A stretch of 64,000 nucleotides of DNA from NCBI GenBank assembly GCA_025360225.1, contig JANYCN010000042.1, positions 112,302 to 176,301 of the forward strand, written 5' to 3'. The notes beneath the pieces were generated by a model that worked only from the letters and a program-made list of their open reading frames with translations, did not search any database and had not been told where the DNA came from. The DNA is from Actinomycetes bacterium. GTDB lineage: Bacteria; Actinomycetota; Thermoleophilia; Gaiellales; F1-60-MAGs149. The position numbers and the translations under genes are program-made. Shown one piece after another: positions 16,810 through 26,133 of the stretch; positions within the stretch are counted from its first letter, which is position 1; each line of letters opens with the position of its first letter.

Positions 16810-16838
16810 ACCGCTCGGCCGCCGCCGAAACGCGGGCA

Positions 16839-16995
16839 CTAGTGCAGTGTCTGTCAGATGGCATGGTCATCGGGTGTCTGGAGCGAGCGGAAGCGTGCGG
16901 TCTGGTAGAGCCACCCGACGGGTGGCGGAGCCGGCAAGCGCAGGACGATCCAGGCGCACGAATGAGCACGCCATCTCACAATCAGACCAGTCTAG
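16839..16995. mobile_element. MITE-like element, copy C (157 bp, opposite orientation to D)
   Basis: ctagtgcagtgtctgtcagatggcatggtcatcgggtgtctggagcgagcgg ... gccacccgacgggtggc ... cacaatcagaccagtctag. Lacks the middle blocks of D. Confidence 0.75.
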
Positions 16996-17696
16996 GACTG
17001 CAGCTGCGCAGTGATCTGGGTGAGCTGGCCGGTGGCGAGGAGCACGCCGACGGTGATCAGGACGACACCTGAGACGCGGTTCACAACGCCCGCGTGCCGC
17101 TTGAACACGCCGAGCACGGCGAGCGTGGAGCCCATCGCGAGGCCCGCAGCGAGGAACGGCACAGCGAGGCCGAGAGAGTAGGCGCCCAGCAGGATCCCCC
17201 CACCGGTCGGGCCGGTCTGCGCCGCGAACGTGAGGATCGCCGTCAGCACGGGCCCGATACATGGTGTCCAGCCGATCGCGAACGCCGCGCCGGTGAGGTA
17301 GGCGCTGCCGAGGGAGGCGCGCCGCGTGCGCTTGTGCAGCCGCCACTCCCGTCCGAACACCCGCGATCCCATGCCGAGAAGCGCGAGGCCCATGACGATC
17401 ACGAGCGCGCCGCCGACGCGGTCAAGGAGGATCTGGTGGCGCTCGATCAGTCCACCCGCCCAGCCAGAGCCGGCGCCCATGCCGGTGAAGATCGTCGTAA
17501 AGCCAGCAGTAAAGAAGCCGGTGGCGAGCGTCACACGCCGCGCGTTCGCCTTCAGATCACCGTACGCGACGCCGGAGACGAACGACAGGTACGCCGGCAC
17601 GAGAGGCAGGACACACGGCGAGATGAACGAGGCGAACCCGGCGGCGAACGCCGTCGCGAGGCCCACCGGCGTGAGGCCGATCGCGGCGACGATCAC
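16992..17696 (-). CDS. ccdA: cytochrome c biogenesis / thiol-disulfide transfer membrane protein CcdA (DsbD family)
   Basis: FISPCVLPLVPAYLSF motif, multi-pass. Start set at GTG 17696, overlapping the tlpA-like stop (GTGA). Stop TAG lies in the CTAG end of element C. Confidence 0.85.
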   Translation of the reverse strand: MIVAAIGLTPVGLATAFAAGFASFISPCVLPLVPAYLSFVSGVAYGDLKANARRVTLATGFFTAGFTTIFTGMGAGSGWAGGLIERHQILLDRVGGALVIVMGLALLGMGSRVFGREWRLHKRTRRASLGSAYLTGAAFAIGWTPCIGPVLTAILTFAAQTGPTGGGILLGAYSLGLAVPFLAAGLAMGSTLAVLGVFKRHAGVVNRVSGVVLITVGVLLATGQLTQITAQLQS

Positions 17697-18226
17697 GAGG
17701 GCTTCACGAGCGACGAGAGCTCGGCGCTCGTCGTCCCACCAACCTTGCGCCACGTGACGATGCCCGCAGGCGAGATGACGACCGTCATCGGCAACCCCGT
17801 CGCGATCCAGGTCTGCTTGGTCGCGTCGTCGCCCACGAGGATCGGCCAGCTCCAGCCGGCAGCGCGCGCGAAGGTCCGCGCGGCGGGCAGCGAGTCGTCG
17901 ATGTCGACCGAGAGCATCTGCACGCCGGGATGGGAACGCGCGAAGGCACGGAGCTCAGGCGCCTCGGCGCGGCAGGGCCCACACCACGAGCCCCAGAAGT
18001 TCACGACGACGGTCTTCCCAGCAAACGAGGCGAGGCTCACCGTTCCCGAGCCGGCCAGCGCCGGGCCTGAGAGGCCTGGTGCCGGATGTCCGTCCCGCTC
18101 GACCGTCAAGACCGGAAAGGGTCCGGGCGCCGAGGCGTCCCCCTGGTGCGTGAAACCGACCATGAGCAGGCTACCGAGAGCGGCGCCGCCGATGATCGTG
18201 AGGACAACGGCGACGGAACGCCTCAT
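17693..18226 (-). CDS. TlpA/ResA-like membrane-anchored thioredoxin-fold thiol:disulfide oxidoreductase
   Basis: N-terminal anchor plus the WCGPC active site. Confidence 0.85.
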   Translation of the reverse strand: MRRSVAVVLTIIGGAALGSLLMVGFTHQGDASAPGPFPVLTVERDGHPAPGLSGPALAGSGTVSLASFAGKTVVVNFWGSWCGPCRAEAPELRAFARSHPGVQMLSVDIDDSLPAARTFARAAGWSWPILVGDDATKQTWIATGLPMTVVISPAGIVTWRKVGGTTSAELSSLVKPS

Positions 18227-18235
18227 CCCCTCACG

Positions 18236-19063
18236 TTAGCGCAGGCGAGCACGGAAGTCAGCGGGCTCCATCGGCGACCGGCCGACGGCCTGCGCAAGGC
18301 GGACGGCGATCTCGACGAGCTGCGCGTTCGACGTGCACTCCGACCCGTCCGGCAAGGTCGCGGAGTCCTGGAAGCCAGTGCGGACGTGGCAGCCAGCGGC
18401 GGCGGCCACCGCCCCGACGATGGCGCTCGACTCGTCCTGACCGCTCATCACGACGTCGAACCGCGCGAAGGTCGACTTCGAGGCGTCCGCCATCCGAAGA
18501 ACGTTGTGCGGCGTCCCCGCCATCCGGTCAGAACCTCGACCATCCGACGGACCGAGCTCGACGATCACATACGGCGCGCGCGCGAGAAGCGAGTCGTTGT
18601 AGAGGACCTCGTGGTCACCGAGCGAGTCCACGCCGATCACCACCGGTTCGGGCCGCACGCCCGCGCGGTCGAGAGCCTCGAGGATCTGACGACCCTCCTC
18701 CCTGTGTGCCGGCAGGTCGACCTCAGTCGAGCGAACTGCGACCGTCGCCATGTCGGGCGGCGTCCGCAGCACGTCGAACAGCGCCGTGATCGTGCCGAGG
18801 GAGGTCGCGCGGGTGCGCTGGGTCGTGATCGAGATCGGCACGTCCACCACCGCTCGGATCGCCGCGACGATGTCATCGAAGGAGAAGTCGAACGCGGGAA
18901 GCCCGTCCTTCTTCCGCGCGTGCACGTGCACGACGCCAGCGCCAGCCTCGACGGCGCGCTTCGCCTCAGCCGCGATCTCGTCAACGGTCAGCGGCAGGCT
19001 CGGGCACTCGAGTCGCGAGCGCATCCCGTTCAGCGCAGCGACGATCAGCATGGCGTCGTTCAC
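18236..19063 (-). CDS. 3-keto-5-aminohexanoate cleavage enzyme family (BKACE/DUF849) protein
   Basis: 275 aa. LIVAALNG...LPLTVDEIAAEAKRAVEAGAGVVHVHAR is typical of the BKACE N-terminus. Confidence 0.7.
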   Translation of the reverse strand: MNDAMLIVAALNGMRSRLECPSLPLTVDEIAAEAKRAVEAGAGVVHVHARKKDGLPAFDFSFDDIVAAIRAVVDVPISITTQRTRATSLGTITALFDVLRTPPDMATVAVRSTEVDLPAHREEGRQILEALDRAGVRPEPVVIGVDSLGDHEVLYNDSLLARAPYVIVELGPSDGRGSDRMAGTPHNVLRMADASKSTFARFDVVMSGQDESSAIVGAVAAAAGCHVRTGFQDSATLPDGSECTSNAQLVEIAVRLAQAVGRSPMEPADFRARLR

Positions 19064-19190
19064 GAGCGAGGCCTCTTTCGGTCAACCAACGTCCGCCGGC
19101 GCGCCCGGCGTTCACGCGCATAGTCCGGTATCTTCGCATCGAAGGCCGCAGACCCTCCCCGTTAGGAGCCCGTCAGGGCCCGACGGGACG

Positions 19191-20381
19191 TTAGAGGTTG
19201 GTCGGGCGCTGCCCGAGGGTCACGTCCACCCCGACGTGCTGGCCGGACCGGACGACGTCGAGACGGACCACCGCACCGGGCGACCAGGCGGCGACGGCGA
19301 CGGAGAGGTCGGTCGACGAGCGGATCGGACGACCCGCCACGCTGACGATGATGTCGCCGTCCGGGTGAACCGTTCCGGCATCCTGAAACACCGCCGTACG
19401 ACGGCCGGCGGAGAGGCCAGCGCGCTCGGCCGGCCCGCCGGAGGAGACCCCGTCAACGAGCAGACCGCTGGTCACGGCGAGGTGGAACTGGCGCGCCAGC
19501 TCGCGCGTCACTGGCTCGGTGGAGACGCCGAGCCAGGCATAGCGCACCGACCCGCTGCTGACGATCTCCGCCAGCGAGCGTTGCGCCGCCTCGGACGGGA
19601 TAGCGAAGCCGACGCCCTCCCCACCACCGCCGGTGCTCTCGATCTGTGCTGCGACGCCGACCACCCGGCCGCGCGCGTCGAAAACCGGTCCGCCTGAGTT
19701 GCCGTGGTTGATCGCAGCATCCGTCTGGATCGCGTTCGGCGTCGAGAAGCTGACGGCAGGCGCCTGGATCTCGCGGCCCAGCGCGGAGACGACCCCGACC
19801 GACAGGGACTCCGCCTGGTCCTTACCGAACGGCGAGCCGATCACCGCGAGCGGGTCGCCGACCTGAAGCGGCGCCGACGGGCCGAACACCAGGGCGACGA
19901 GGGGCTCGCGGCGCGGGTCGACGCGCAGGACCGCGATGTCGTCAAAGAGGTCGTACCCGACGATCGTCGCCGGGAGCGAGTTCCCGTCGGCGAAACGGAC
20001 GAAGACGCGCCGCGCCTTCTTCACGTCAGCGGCTGTTCGAGCGTCGGGTGATGAGGTGACGACGTGCGCGTTCGTCAGCAAGAGCCCCTTCGTCGAGACG
20101 ACGAATCCCGAGCCGGACACCGAGTCCGCACCGAACGACGCGGTGACGGTGACGACCCCGGCCATGCGTTCGCGATAGATTCGGCGCGGGTCGAAGGCAG
20201 ACGCTGGAAGGTCGGCGACGGTCTCCGCGACGGTCGGCATGATCGGTAGGCCAACCGTCACGGTGTGGGCCGGGGCCTCGTCCCGGAGGGCGCCGCTCGC
20301 GCCCACGCCGACGATCACGCCGGCGGCGCCGACCACGCCCGCGAGGCACGGCAGCCCGAGCCCTCTTGCAGATACCCCCAC
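19191..20381 (-). CDS. HtrA/DegP-type S1C serine protease with C-terminal PDZ domain
   Basis: Catalytic blocks TNAHVV, DIAVLRV and GNSGGPVF, followed by a PDZ-like region. Confidence 0.85.
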   Translation of the reverse strand: MGVSARGLGLPCLAGVVGAAGVIVGVGASGALRDEAPAHTVTVGLPIMPTVAETVADLPASAFDPRRIYRERMAGVVTVTASFGADSVSGSGFVVSTKGLLLTNAHVVTSSPDARTAADVKKARRVFVRFADGNSLPATIVGYDLFDDIAVLRVDPRREPLVALVFGPSAPLQVGDPLAVIGSPFGKDQAESLSVGVVSALGREIQAPAVSFSTPNAIQTDAAINHGNSGGPVFDARGRVVGVAAQIESTGGGGEGVGFAIPSEAAQRSLAEIVSSGSVRYAWLGVSTEPVTRELARQFHLAVTSGLLVDGVSSGGPAERAGLSAGRRTAVFQDAGTVHPDGDIIVSVAGRPIRSSTDLSVAVAAWSPGAVVRLDVVRSGQHVGVDVTLGQRPTNL

Positions 20382-20404
20382 GATCGAAGCATAGGGACGG
20401 CGGG

Positions 20405-21787
20405 TTACGGTGGTGGTGGCAGCGCCAGCACGAAGGACTTGCCGATCCCCTCGTCCTGGAGCAGCAGCAGCTTCCCGCCCATCCGACCCGCGAGCTCGTG
20501 GGCGATCGCCAGACCGAGCCCCGACCCCTCGCCGCCGCCAACGCCGCGGAAGAACCGGTCGAACAGCCGCTCGACGACGGCCGGCGGTACGGGCGCACCA
20601 TCGTCATGGACGACGACGCAAGGCTCGCCGCTGAGCGCTCGCACCGAGACGGTGACCGTCGTCCCCGGCGGATTATGCCGTAAGGCATTGTCGATCAACG
20701 CGCGGCCGATCTGTGCGATGCGCCCCTCGTCGCCGAGCACCATCGCGCCCTCACCGTCGCCACGCAGCACGCGTGATCCGCGGCGCTCAGCGGCAGCGGC
20801 GAAGTCGGCCACCAGGGTGTCGGCGAGGGCCTCTAGACCTACGTCATCCAGGTTCAACTCGACACCACCGGCATCGAGGCGAGAGAGGTCGAGGAGGTCC
20901 GTCGCAAGACGGGTCAGTCGCCCCATCTGGGCACGCATCGTCACGACGTACTCGCGCTGAGCGGTCGGATCCTCCTCGTCCTCGAGCAGCTCGAGGAAGC
21001 CGCCGAGGGCAAACAACGGCGTCCGGAGCTCGTGCGAGGCGTTGGCGATGAACTCGCGCCGTGAACGGTCGGTGCGCTCCAGCCGGCGGCGCATCGCGTC
21101 AAACGCGACGGCGAGATCGAAGATCTCATCGCGACCACTGTCGATGACTGGGGTGATCAAGTCGCCGGCGGCGATCCGCCGTGCCGCACGGTCGAGACGG
21201 CGGATGCGCTGCGCGAGAGCCATCGCGGCGATCGCACCAACGAGCCAGGTGGCCGGTAGGGCGATCAGGGTGGCGAGCAGGATGTCGTGACGTACCGTCG
21301 CGACCGTCCGGTCGACGTCGTTGAGGGGCGAGGCGAAGAGCAGCACGTAGCGAGGATCGCTCGTCGGCACCGCCACCTCGGCGGCGTAACGGCCAGCGAC
21401 CGAGGCGGTGCCCTCCCGAATGCCCCGGGTGCGCAGCGCCGCGCCTACCACCGGGTCGACGAGCGACCCGACGAGCGTCCCGCCCACCTGGGTGAACGTC
21501 CCGTTCGTCTCGACATGAAGCACGCCGACCTGGTTGCCGGTCTCCCTGCTGTACTCGACAGAGAACGACGAGAGCTGATCGAGCGTCGCGCTCGGGATCC
21601 GCGCCAGCACGTTCGAGGTGCTCTTGCGGACGTCGCCGATGCGATCACCAACGAGGTTGTCGCGCAACGATGGAACGACGATCAGCGCGGACAGCCCGAC
21701 ACCGAGACACGTGACGCCGAGAAGCAGGACGCTGAGCCACGTGAGGAGCCGCCGGAACGGGAAGACGGCCGCGCCAAGACTCACCAC
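20405..21787 (-). CDS. two-component sensor histidine kinase (TM-HAMP-HisKA-HATPase)
   Basis: H-box FIANASHELRTPL. N, G1 and G2 blocks (DNALRH, DDGAPV, GSGLGLAIA). Confidence 0.9.
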   Translation of the reverse strand: MVSLGAAVFPFRRLLTWLSVLLLGVTCLGVGLSALIVVPSLRDNLVGDRIGDVRKSTSNVLARIPSATLDQLSSFSVEYSRETGNQVGVLHVETNGTFTQVGGTLVGSLVDPVVGAALRTRGIREGTASVAGRYAAEVAVPTSDPRYVLLFASPLNDVDRTVATVRHDILLATLIALPATWLVGAIAAMALAQRIRRLDRAARRIAAGDLITPVIDSGRDEIFDLAVAFDAMRRRLERTDRSRREFIANASHELRTPLFALGGFLELLEDEEDPTAQREYVVTMRAQMGRLTRLATDLLDLSRLDAGGVELNLDDVGLEALADTLVADFAAAAERRGSRVLRGDGEGAMVLGDEGRIAQIGRALIDNALRHNPPGTTVTVSVRALSGEPCVVVHDDGAPVPPAVVERLFDRFFRGVGGGEGSGLGLAIAHELAGRMGGKLLLLQDEGIGKSFVLALPPPP

Positions 21788-22485
21788 TCGTCCGCGAAGC
21801 GGTAGCCGACGCCGCGTACCGTCTGGATGTGGCGTGGCTCGCTCGGGCTGGGCTCGATCTTCTCTCGGAGGTGGCGCACGTGGACGTCGACGGTGCGCGG
21901 CTCGCGGAAGTCAGATGAGCCCCACACCCCGTCGAGCAGCTGGGCGCGGGAGTAGACGCGCCCGCGGCTCGCCATCAACATGTGCAGCAGCTCGAACTCG
22001 ACGTACGTCAGCTCGACGACGCTCCCGCCGACCGTCACGATGCGACGTGCCGGGTCGAGCGAGACGCCGTCCAGCTCGAGGCGATCGCCGACGCCGGCGC
22101 CGCTCGCCGGCGCCAGTGACGCCCGCCGCAGTGCCGCCTTCACCCGCGAGCGGAGCTCACGCATGCCAAACGGCTTCGTGATGTAGTCGTCCGCGCCGAG
22201 CTCGAGGCCGACGACCTTGTCGACCTCGTCGTCCAGCGCCGACACCATGATGATCGGCACGGCCGAACCGGCACGGATCCGCCGACACACCTCGCGGCCC
22301 GACAGGTCGGGCAGCATCACGTCGAGCAGCACGAGATCGGGACGATCGCGCTCCACGGCAAGCAGGCCCGCGGCGGCGTCGCGCGCGCCAATGACCCGGT
22401 ATCCGTCCCGCTCGAGCGCGGCCGCGAGCAGCTGCTGGATTGACTCCTCGTCATCGATCACGAGCACGACGGGCTGGTCCGACAC
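21781..22485 (-). CDS. OmpR/PhoB-family response regulator
   Basis: Receiver VLVIDDEESI...DLVLLDVMLPD plus a winged-helix C-terminus (VHVRHLREKIE...IQTVRGVGYRF). Confidence 0.9.
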   Translation of the reverse strand: MSDQPVVLVIDDEESIQQLLAAALERDGYRVIGARDAAAGLLAVERDRPDLVLLDVMLPDLSGREVCRRIRAGSAVPIIMVSALDDEVDKVVGLELGADDYITKPFGMRELRSRVKAALRRASLAPASGAGVGDRLELDGVSLDPARRIVTVGGSVVELTYVEFELLHMLMASRGRVYSRAQLLDGVWGSSDFREPRTVDVHVRHLREKIEPSPSEPRHIQTVRGVGYRFADEW

Positions 22486-22612
22486 GCTCGAATGCTACCG
22501 TCAGGCCGCTCTGGACCCCGAACACCACCGTACACGGCGGCGGAGGCGGCGCGCACGGCGGCGTCCCGGGCGCTCCACGCTCGTTTCTGGGCGCGCGTAT
22601 CGGGCAGGGCTC

Positions 22613-24181
22613 GTGGCGTTCGCGCTGACCGCGTTCATCGCGCTGATCGGCATCTCCACCCCAAAGGGACTCGATCTGACGGCGACCTCCCCGCCGGCGT
22701 TCGACGGCAACGACGCGCTGCACCTCGCTGAGGACGTCACGGCAGCGGCCCAAGGCTCGGGGGGTGACGTCGCCGTCACCGCCCTGATCACCCGTGCGCT
22801 CACCGAGGTAGGCTCGCCGCCGGTGGTCGAGCGGTTCAGCGGCACCGCACCGGACGGGTCATCGACGACCGAGACGAACCTCGTCGCGACGCTCCCTGGC
22901 GCGTCGCACGGCACGATCCTGATCGTCGCGAGCCGCGACGCCGGCCCGCTCGGCACCGCGACGCTGATCGAGCTGGCGCGGGTGTTCGCGGTGGAGCAGC
23001 ACACCCGAACGATCGTGCTGGCATCGCTCGGCGGCGGCGCAGACGGGGACGCAGGCGCCCGCTTTCTTGCCAGCCACCTCCCTCGGTCGCTCGGCAAGCC
23101 AGTGATGCTGCTCGGCATCCGCAGCATCGGTGGCGGCCGGGTAGCGATCCACGATCGCGGCAGCCGTTCGGACCACACGAGCGCGGGGCTCTGGGCGGGC
23201 GTCCAAGCGGCGTTCGCCGGCGTGCCGGGTGCGAGCAGCGTCACCCGACCCGGCATCCTGCGCGAGCTCGCTGAGGCCGCAGCGCCGCCACGCGCGACCG
23301 GCTCGCAGGCTCCGTTCATCGACGAGCGGATTCCCGCCGTCGAGCTCGAGAACGTCGACCCACCAGCGACGACCCTACGAGCCGAGCGCTTGACAGCGGA
23401 CGGGCAAGCGCTCAACGATCTCGTCGGCGCCTTGGACTCCGGTGCCACCGCCGGCGGCGCAGAGGGCTCATACGTTCGCTCCGGCGACAGCGTCGTGACG
23501 CGCTGGCTGCTGGCGCTGCTGGCGCTCGGGCTCGTCGCGGCGCCTGCGCTCGCAGCCGTCGACCTGGTGTCGCGCGCGTGGCGGGAACACCTCCCGGTGG
23601 CTGAACGAGCCCTCGCCGCCGCGACGATCGTCGTGCCGCTCACGGCAGCCGGCCTCGGCATCCGCACCGTCGCCCTCCTCGGCGGCGACGCGGCTGAGTC
23701 CTGGGCGTACCCGTACACGCGGGATCGGTGGCCTGATCGAACGGAGGTCACGGCTGCCGTGCTCGGCGCTGGGCTCGGCTGGCTCACGCTTCGCCTCGTG
23801 CGCCGACCGCGACGGCCGCCAGAGGACGGCGCTGCGCGCGCCACGATCGCGCTTGCCGCCGCTCTTGGCTTGGGCACTGGTGGCGCGACGCTGGCGATCC
23901 TCGTCAGTCCCGTTGCAGGGCTCCTCCTCGTGCCGGCGTTGCACGGATGGGTGGCGATCGAGCGGATCCGACTCGGCGGCGCCCCGGCCCGCGCCGTGCT
24001 GATCTGGTTTCCTCTCCTCGCGCCGGCGGCGGCCGTCGCGGTCGGCCTCCAGCTAACTCCCGGCGAGCTCGTTCGGATGGTCGCGGACGGGCGCATCCCG
24101 GCCGCGATCGGCGTCGGGGCGATGGTCGTGGTGGGAGGCGCCGCCGTCCTCACCGCCACCTTCGTTCGTCGAGTAGGGTGA
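22613..24181 (+). CDS. hypothetical multi-pass membrane protein with a degenerate M28 aminopeptidase-like extracytoplasmic domain
   Basis: Frame of ORF 22217..24181. The upstream part overlaps the response regulator, so the start is set at the first canonical start after it (GTG 22613), which is uncertain. NLVATLPGASHGTILIVASRDAG...TATLIELARVF resembles M28 but the metal ligands are not evident. Several C-terminal hydrophobic helices. Confidence 0.5.
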   Translation: MAFALTAFIALIGISTPKGLDLTATSPPAFDGNDALHLAEDVTAAAQGSGGDVAVTALITRALTEVGSPPVVERFSGTAPDGSSTTETNLVATLPGASHGTILIVASRDAGPLGTATLIELARVFAVEQHTRTIVLASLGGGADGDAGARFLASHLPRSLGKPVMLLGIRSIGGGRVAIHDRGSRSDHTSAGLWAGVQAAFAGVPGASSVTRPGILRELAEAAAPPRATGSQAPFIDERIPAVELENVDPPATTLRAERLTADGQALNDLVGALDSGATAGGAEGSYVRSGDSVVTRWLLALLALGLVAAPALAAVDLVSRAWREHLPVAERALAAATIVVPLTAAGLGIRTVALLGGDAAESWAYPYTRDRWPDRTEVTAAVLGAGLGWLTLRLVRRPRRPPEDGAARATIALAAALGLGTGGATLAILVSPVAGLLLVPALHGWVAIERIRLGGAPARAVLIWFPLLAPAAAVAVGLQLTPGELVRMVADGRIPAAIGVGAMVVVGGAAVLTATFVRRVG

Positions 24182-24185
24182 GGCG

Positions 24186-24881
24186 ATGCGGCGGGTACGA
24201 CGACACCTCGGCACGACGATGGTCGCGGCGGGCCTGGTCGTGCTCGGCTACGTCGGCGTGATCCTCGTCTGGGGCGACCCGGCAACGCGCATCTACACCG
24301 TCGTCAAGCAGGTCGGGCTGCAGGGGCAACTGCAGCGCGAGAACCGCGAGTGGGAACGTGACGTTCGCGCCACGCCCGCGGCGACGCTAGCTCCCGGCGA
24401 GACGCGCGCAGCGGCGGAGGCGGCCGTCGCCCGAAGGCTTGCGATCGCCTTCGCTCGCCGCTACCGACACCACGAGGGGACGGCGATCGCCCGCATCCGC
24501 ATCGCCCGCCTGGGACTGAACATGGTCGTCGTCGAAGGTACCGGGACCGCGGCGCTCGAGACGGGACCCGGGCACTACGCGAACACTGCCTTCCCTGGCG
24601 TCGGACGGACCGTCGCGGTCGCAGGGCACCGCACCACGTTCGCGGCACCGTTTCGCCACATCGACGACCTCGTCGCCGGCGACCGCGTCGTCCTCGAGAT
24701 GCCCTACGCGACCTTCACCTACACCGTGACGGGCCACCGCATCGTCGACAACAGCGACTGGTCGATCATCAAGGACAAGGGCTATGACCGGCTCGTTCTG
24801 AGCGCGTGCCACCCGATCTACTTCGCGAGCCAGCGCTACGTCGTCTTCGCGCAACTGACGTCTGTCGCGCTGCCTACCTAA
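24186..24881 (+). CDS. sortase family transpeptidase (class E-like)
   Basis: N-terminal anchor, AVAGHRTT (His block), LVLSACHP (TLxTC-type Cys), conserved Arg near the C-terminus. Confidence 0.8.
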   Translation: MRRVRRHLGTTMVAAGLVVLGYVGVILVWGDPATRIYTVVKQVGLQGQLQRENREWERDVRATPAATLAPGETRAAAEAAVARRLAIAFARRYRHHEGTAIARIRIARLGLNMVVVEGTGTAALETGPGHYANTAFPGVGRTVAVAGHRTTFAAPFRHIDDLVAGDRVVLEMPYATFTYTVTGHRIVDNSDWSIIKDKGYDRLVLSACHPIYFASQRYVVFAQLTSVALPT

Positions 24882-26095
24882 CGCCCATCGAGGGACACCA
24901 CCGGGACGGTCGTTCCGGTCTCCACGAAGCCCACGCCGGCGTCGATCAGCACCAGGCCGTTCGAGGTTGCCGCGCGAGCGATCTGGTGGCTCCCCTCGGC
25001 AACGGCGAGGGCTCGTCCGCCGGTCACGCGGGCCGGGAGCGCTCGGGTCCTTCCAGGCAGGCGACGAACCGGCTCGGCGAGCGCCGCGAACACCGGGTCG
25101 GGCTCCGGGCCCCCGACGAGCGCGCGCACCACGGTGGCAACGATCAGATGCAGCCCAACGAGGGTGGAAAGCGGGTTACCCGGGAGGCCAACGACGATCG
25201 CCCCCGCCGGGGCGCGACCCGCCCACACTGGCTTCCCCGGCTGGATCGCGACCCGCCAGAACAGCTGCTCGACGCCGAGGGAGGCAAGCGCAGGCTTCAC
25301 GTGATCGCGCGGCCCGACCGAGACACCGCCGGAGCTGACGACGATATCGGCGTGCGCGAGCGCGTCGGCGGCGACCCGTGTGGTCGCAGCTAGCGAGTCG
25401 GGGACGTTACGAACCTGAACGACGACGCAGCCGAACGCCTCGAGGGTGCCCGCGATGAGGAGCGAGTTGGAGTCGTGTACCTGCCCACGCCTCAGCGACG
25501 TTCCCGGAGCGACGAGCTCGTCGCCGGTGACGAGCACGACAGCCCGCGGCCGGCGGACGCACGAGGCGGTGCCGTGCCCAGCGGCAGCGATCGCTGCCGC
25601 CAGCAACGGGGTGACGCGCTGCGCGGCGACGGCGATCGTCGCGCCAACCGAGACGTCAGCGCCAACGCCGCGCACGCCGTTGCCGGGCGCCACCGGCCCG
25701 TCGGCGCGCACGAGCCCGCCATCATCGATCGTCGCCCGCTCGATCGGCACGACCGCGTCAGCACCGACCGGCAGGATGCCGCCGGTCGCGATCGCTGCGA
25801 CGTGCTCCTCGGGTAGCGCGCCCGGGTCGTTCCCGGCGGTGACCTCGAAGGCGATCGGCAACCCGCGCTCGGCGTCGCGAGCACGGACGGCGAAGCCGTC
25901 GAGCGCCGAGTTCGGCCAGGCCGGCAGATCGGCGACCGCGAGGACGTCCGCGCCGAGGACCCGGCCGACCGCGGCGGCGATCGTCACCTGCTCGACGCCG
26001 AGCGGAGCGGTCGCCGCACGGAGAATCGCGCGCGCCGCCTCCAACGAGGCTAGTGTCTGGGTTGTGTCGACGTCCACGGCTGGTCGAAGGAGCAT
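24878..26095 (-). CDS. moeA: molybdopterin molybdenumtransferase MoeA
   Basis: ORF 24878..26203, start set at ATG 26095. PNSALDGFAV, ...SGGVSVG..D... and GLPGNP blocks. Confidence 0.85.
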   Translation of the reverse strand: MLLRPAVDVDTTQTLASLEAARAILRAATAPLGVEQVTIAAAVGRVLGADVLAVADLPAWPNSALDGFAVRARDAERGLPIAFEVTAGNDPGALPEEHVAAIATGGILPVGADAVVPIERATIDDGGLVRADGPVAPGNGVRGVGADVSVGATIAVAAQRVTPLLAAAIAAAGHGTASCVRRPRAVVLVTGDELVAPGTSLRRGQVHDSNSLLIAGTLEAFGCVVVQVRNVPDSLAATTRVAADALAHADIVVSSGGVSVGPRDHVKPALASLGVEQLFWRVAIQPGKPVWAGRAPAGAIVVGLPGNPLSTLVGLHLIVATVVRALVGGPEPDPVFAALAEPVRRLPGRTRALPARVTGGRALAVAEGSHQIARAATSNGLVLIDAGVGFVETGTTVPVVSLDGR

Positions 26096-26133
26096 GCTAT
26101 AAACGGCGAGCCGATGCGTGAGCGAGCCTCCAC

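Noticed and set aside
19169-19187. Hairpin cccgtc-agggccc-gacggg after htrA as an intrinsic terminator
   Set aside because: The stem is only 6 bp and there is no U-tract on the transcribed strand. This is too weak to call.
22501-24285. 594-aa minus-strand ORF
   Set aside because: It is antisense to the membrane protein and sortase genes. The Arg/Ser/Pro/Ala-rich composition shows no motifs.
25293-25308. Third parS-like sequence ggcttcacgtgatcgc inside moeA
   Set aside because: Only 10/16 positions match the consensus: the central TTCACGTGA is kept but both arms are lost. This is likely a chance CACGTG palindrome.
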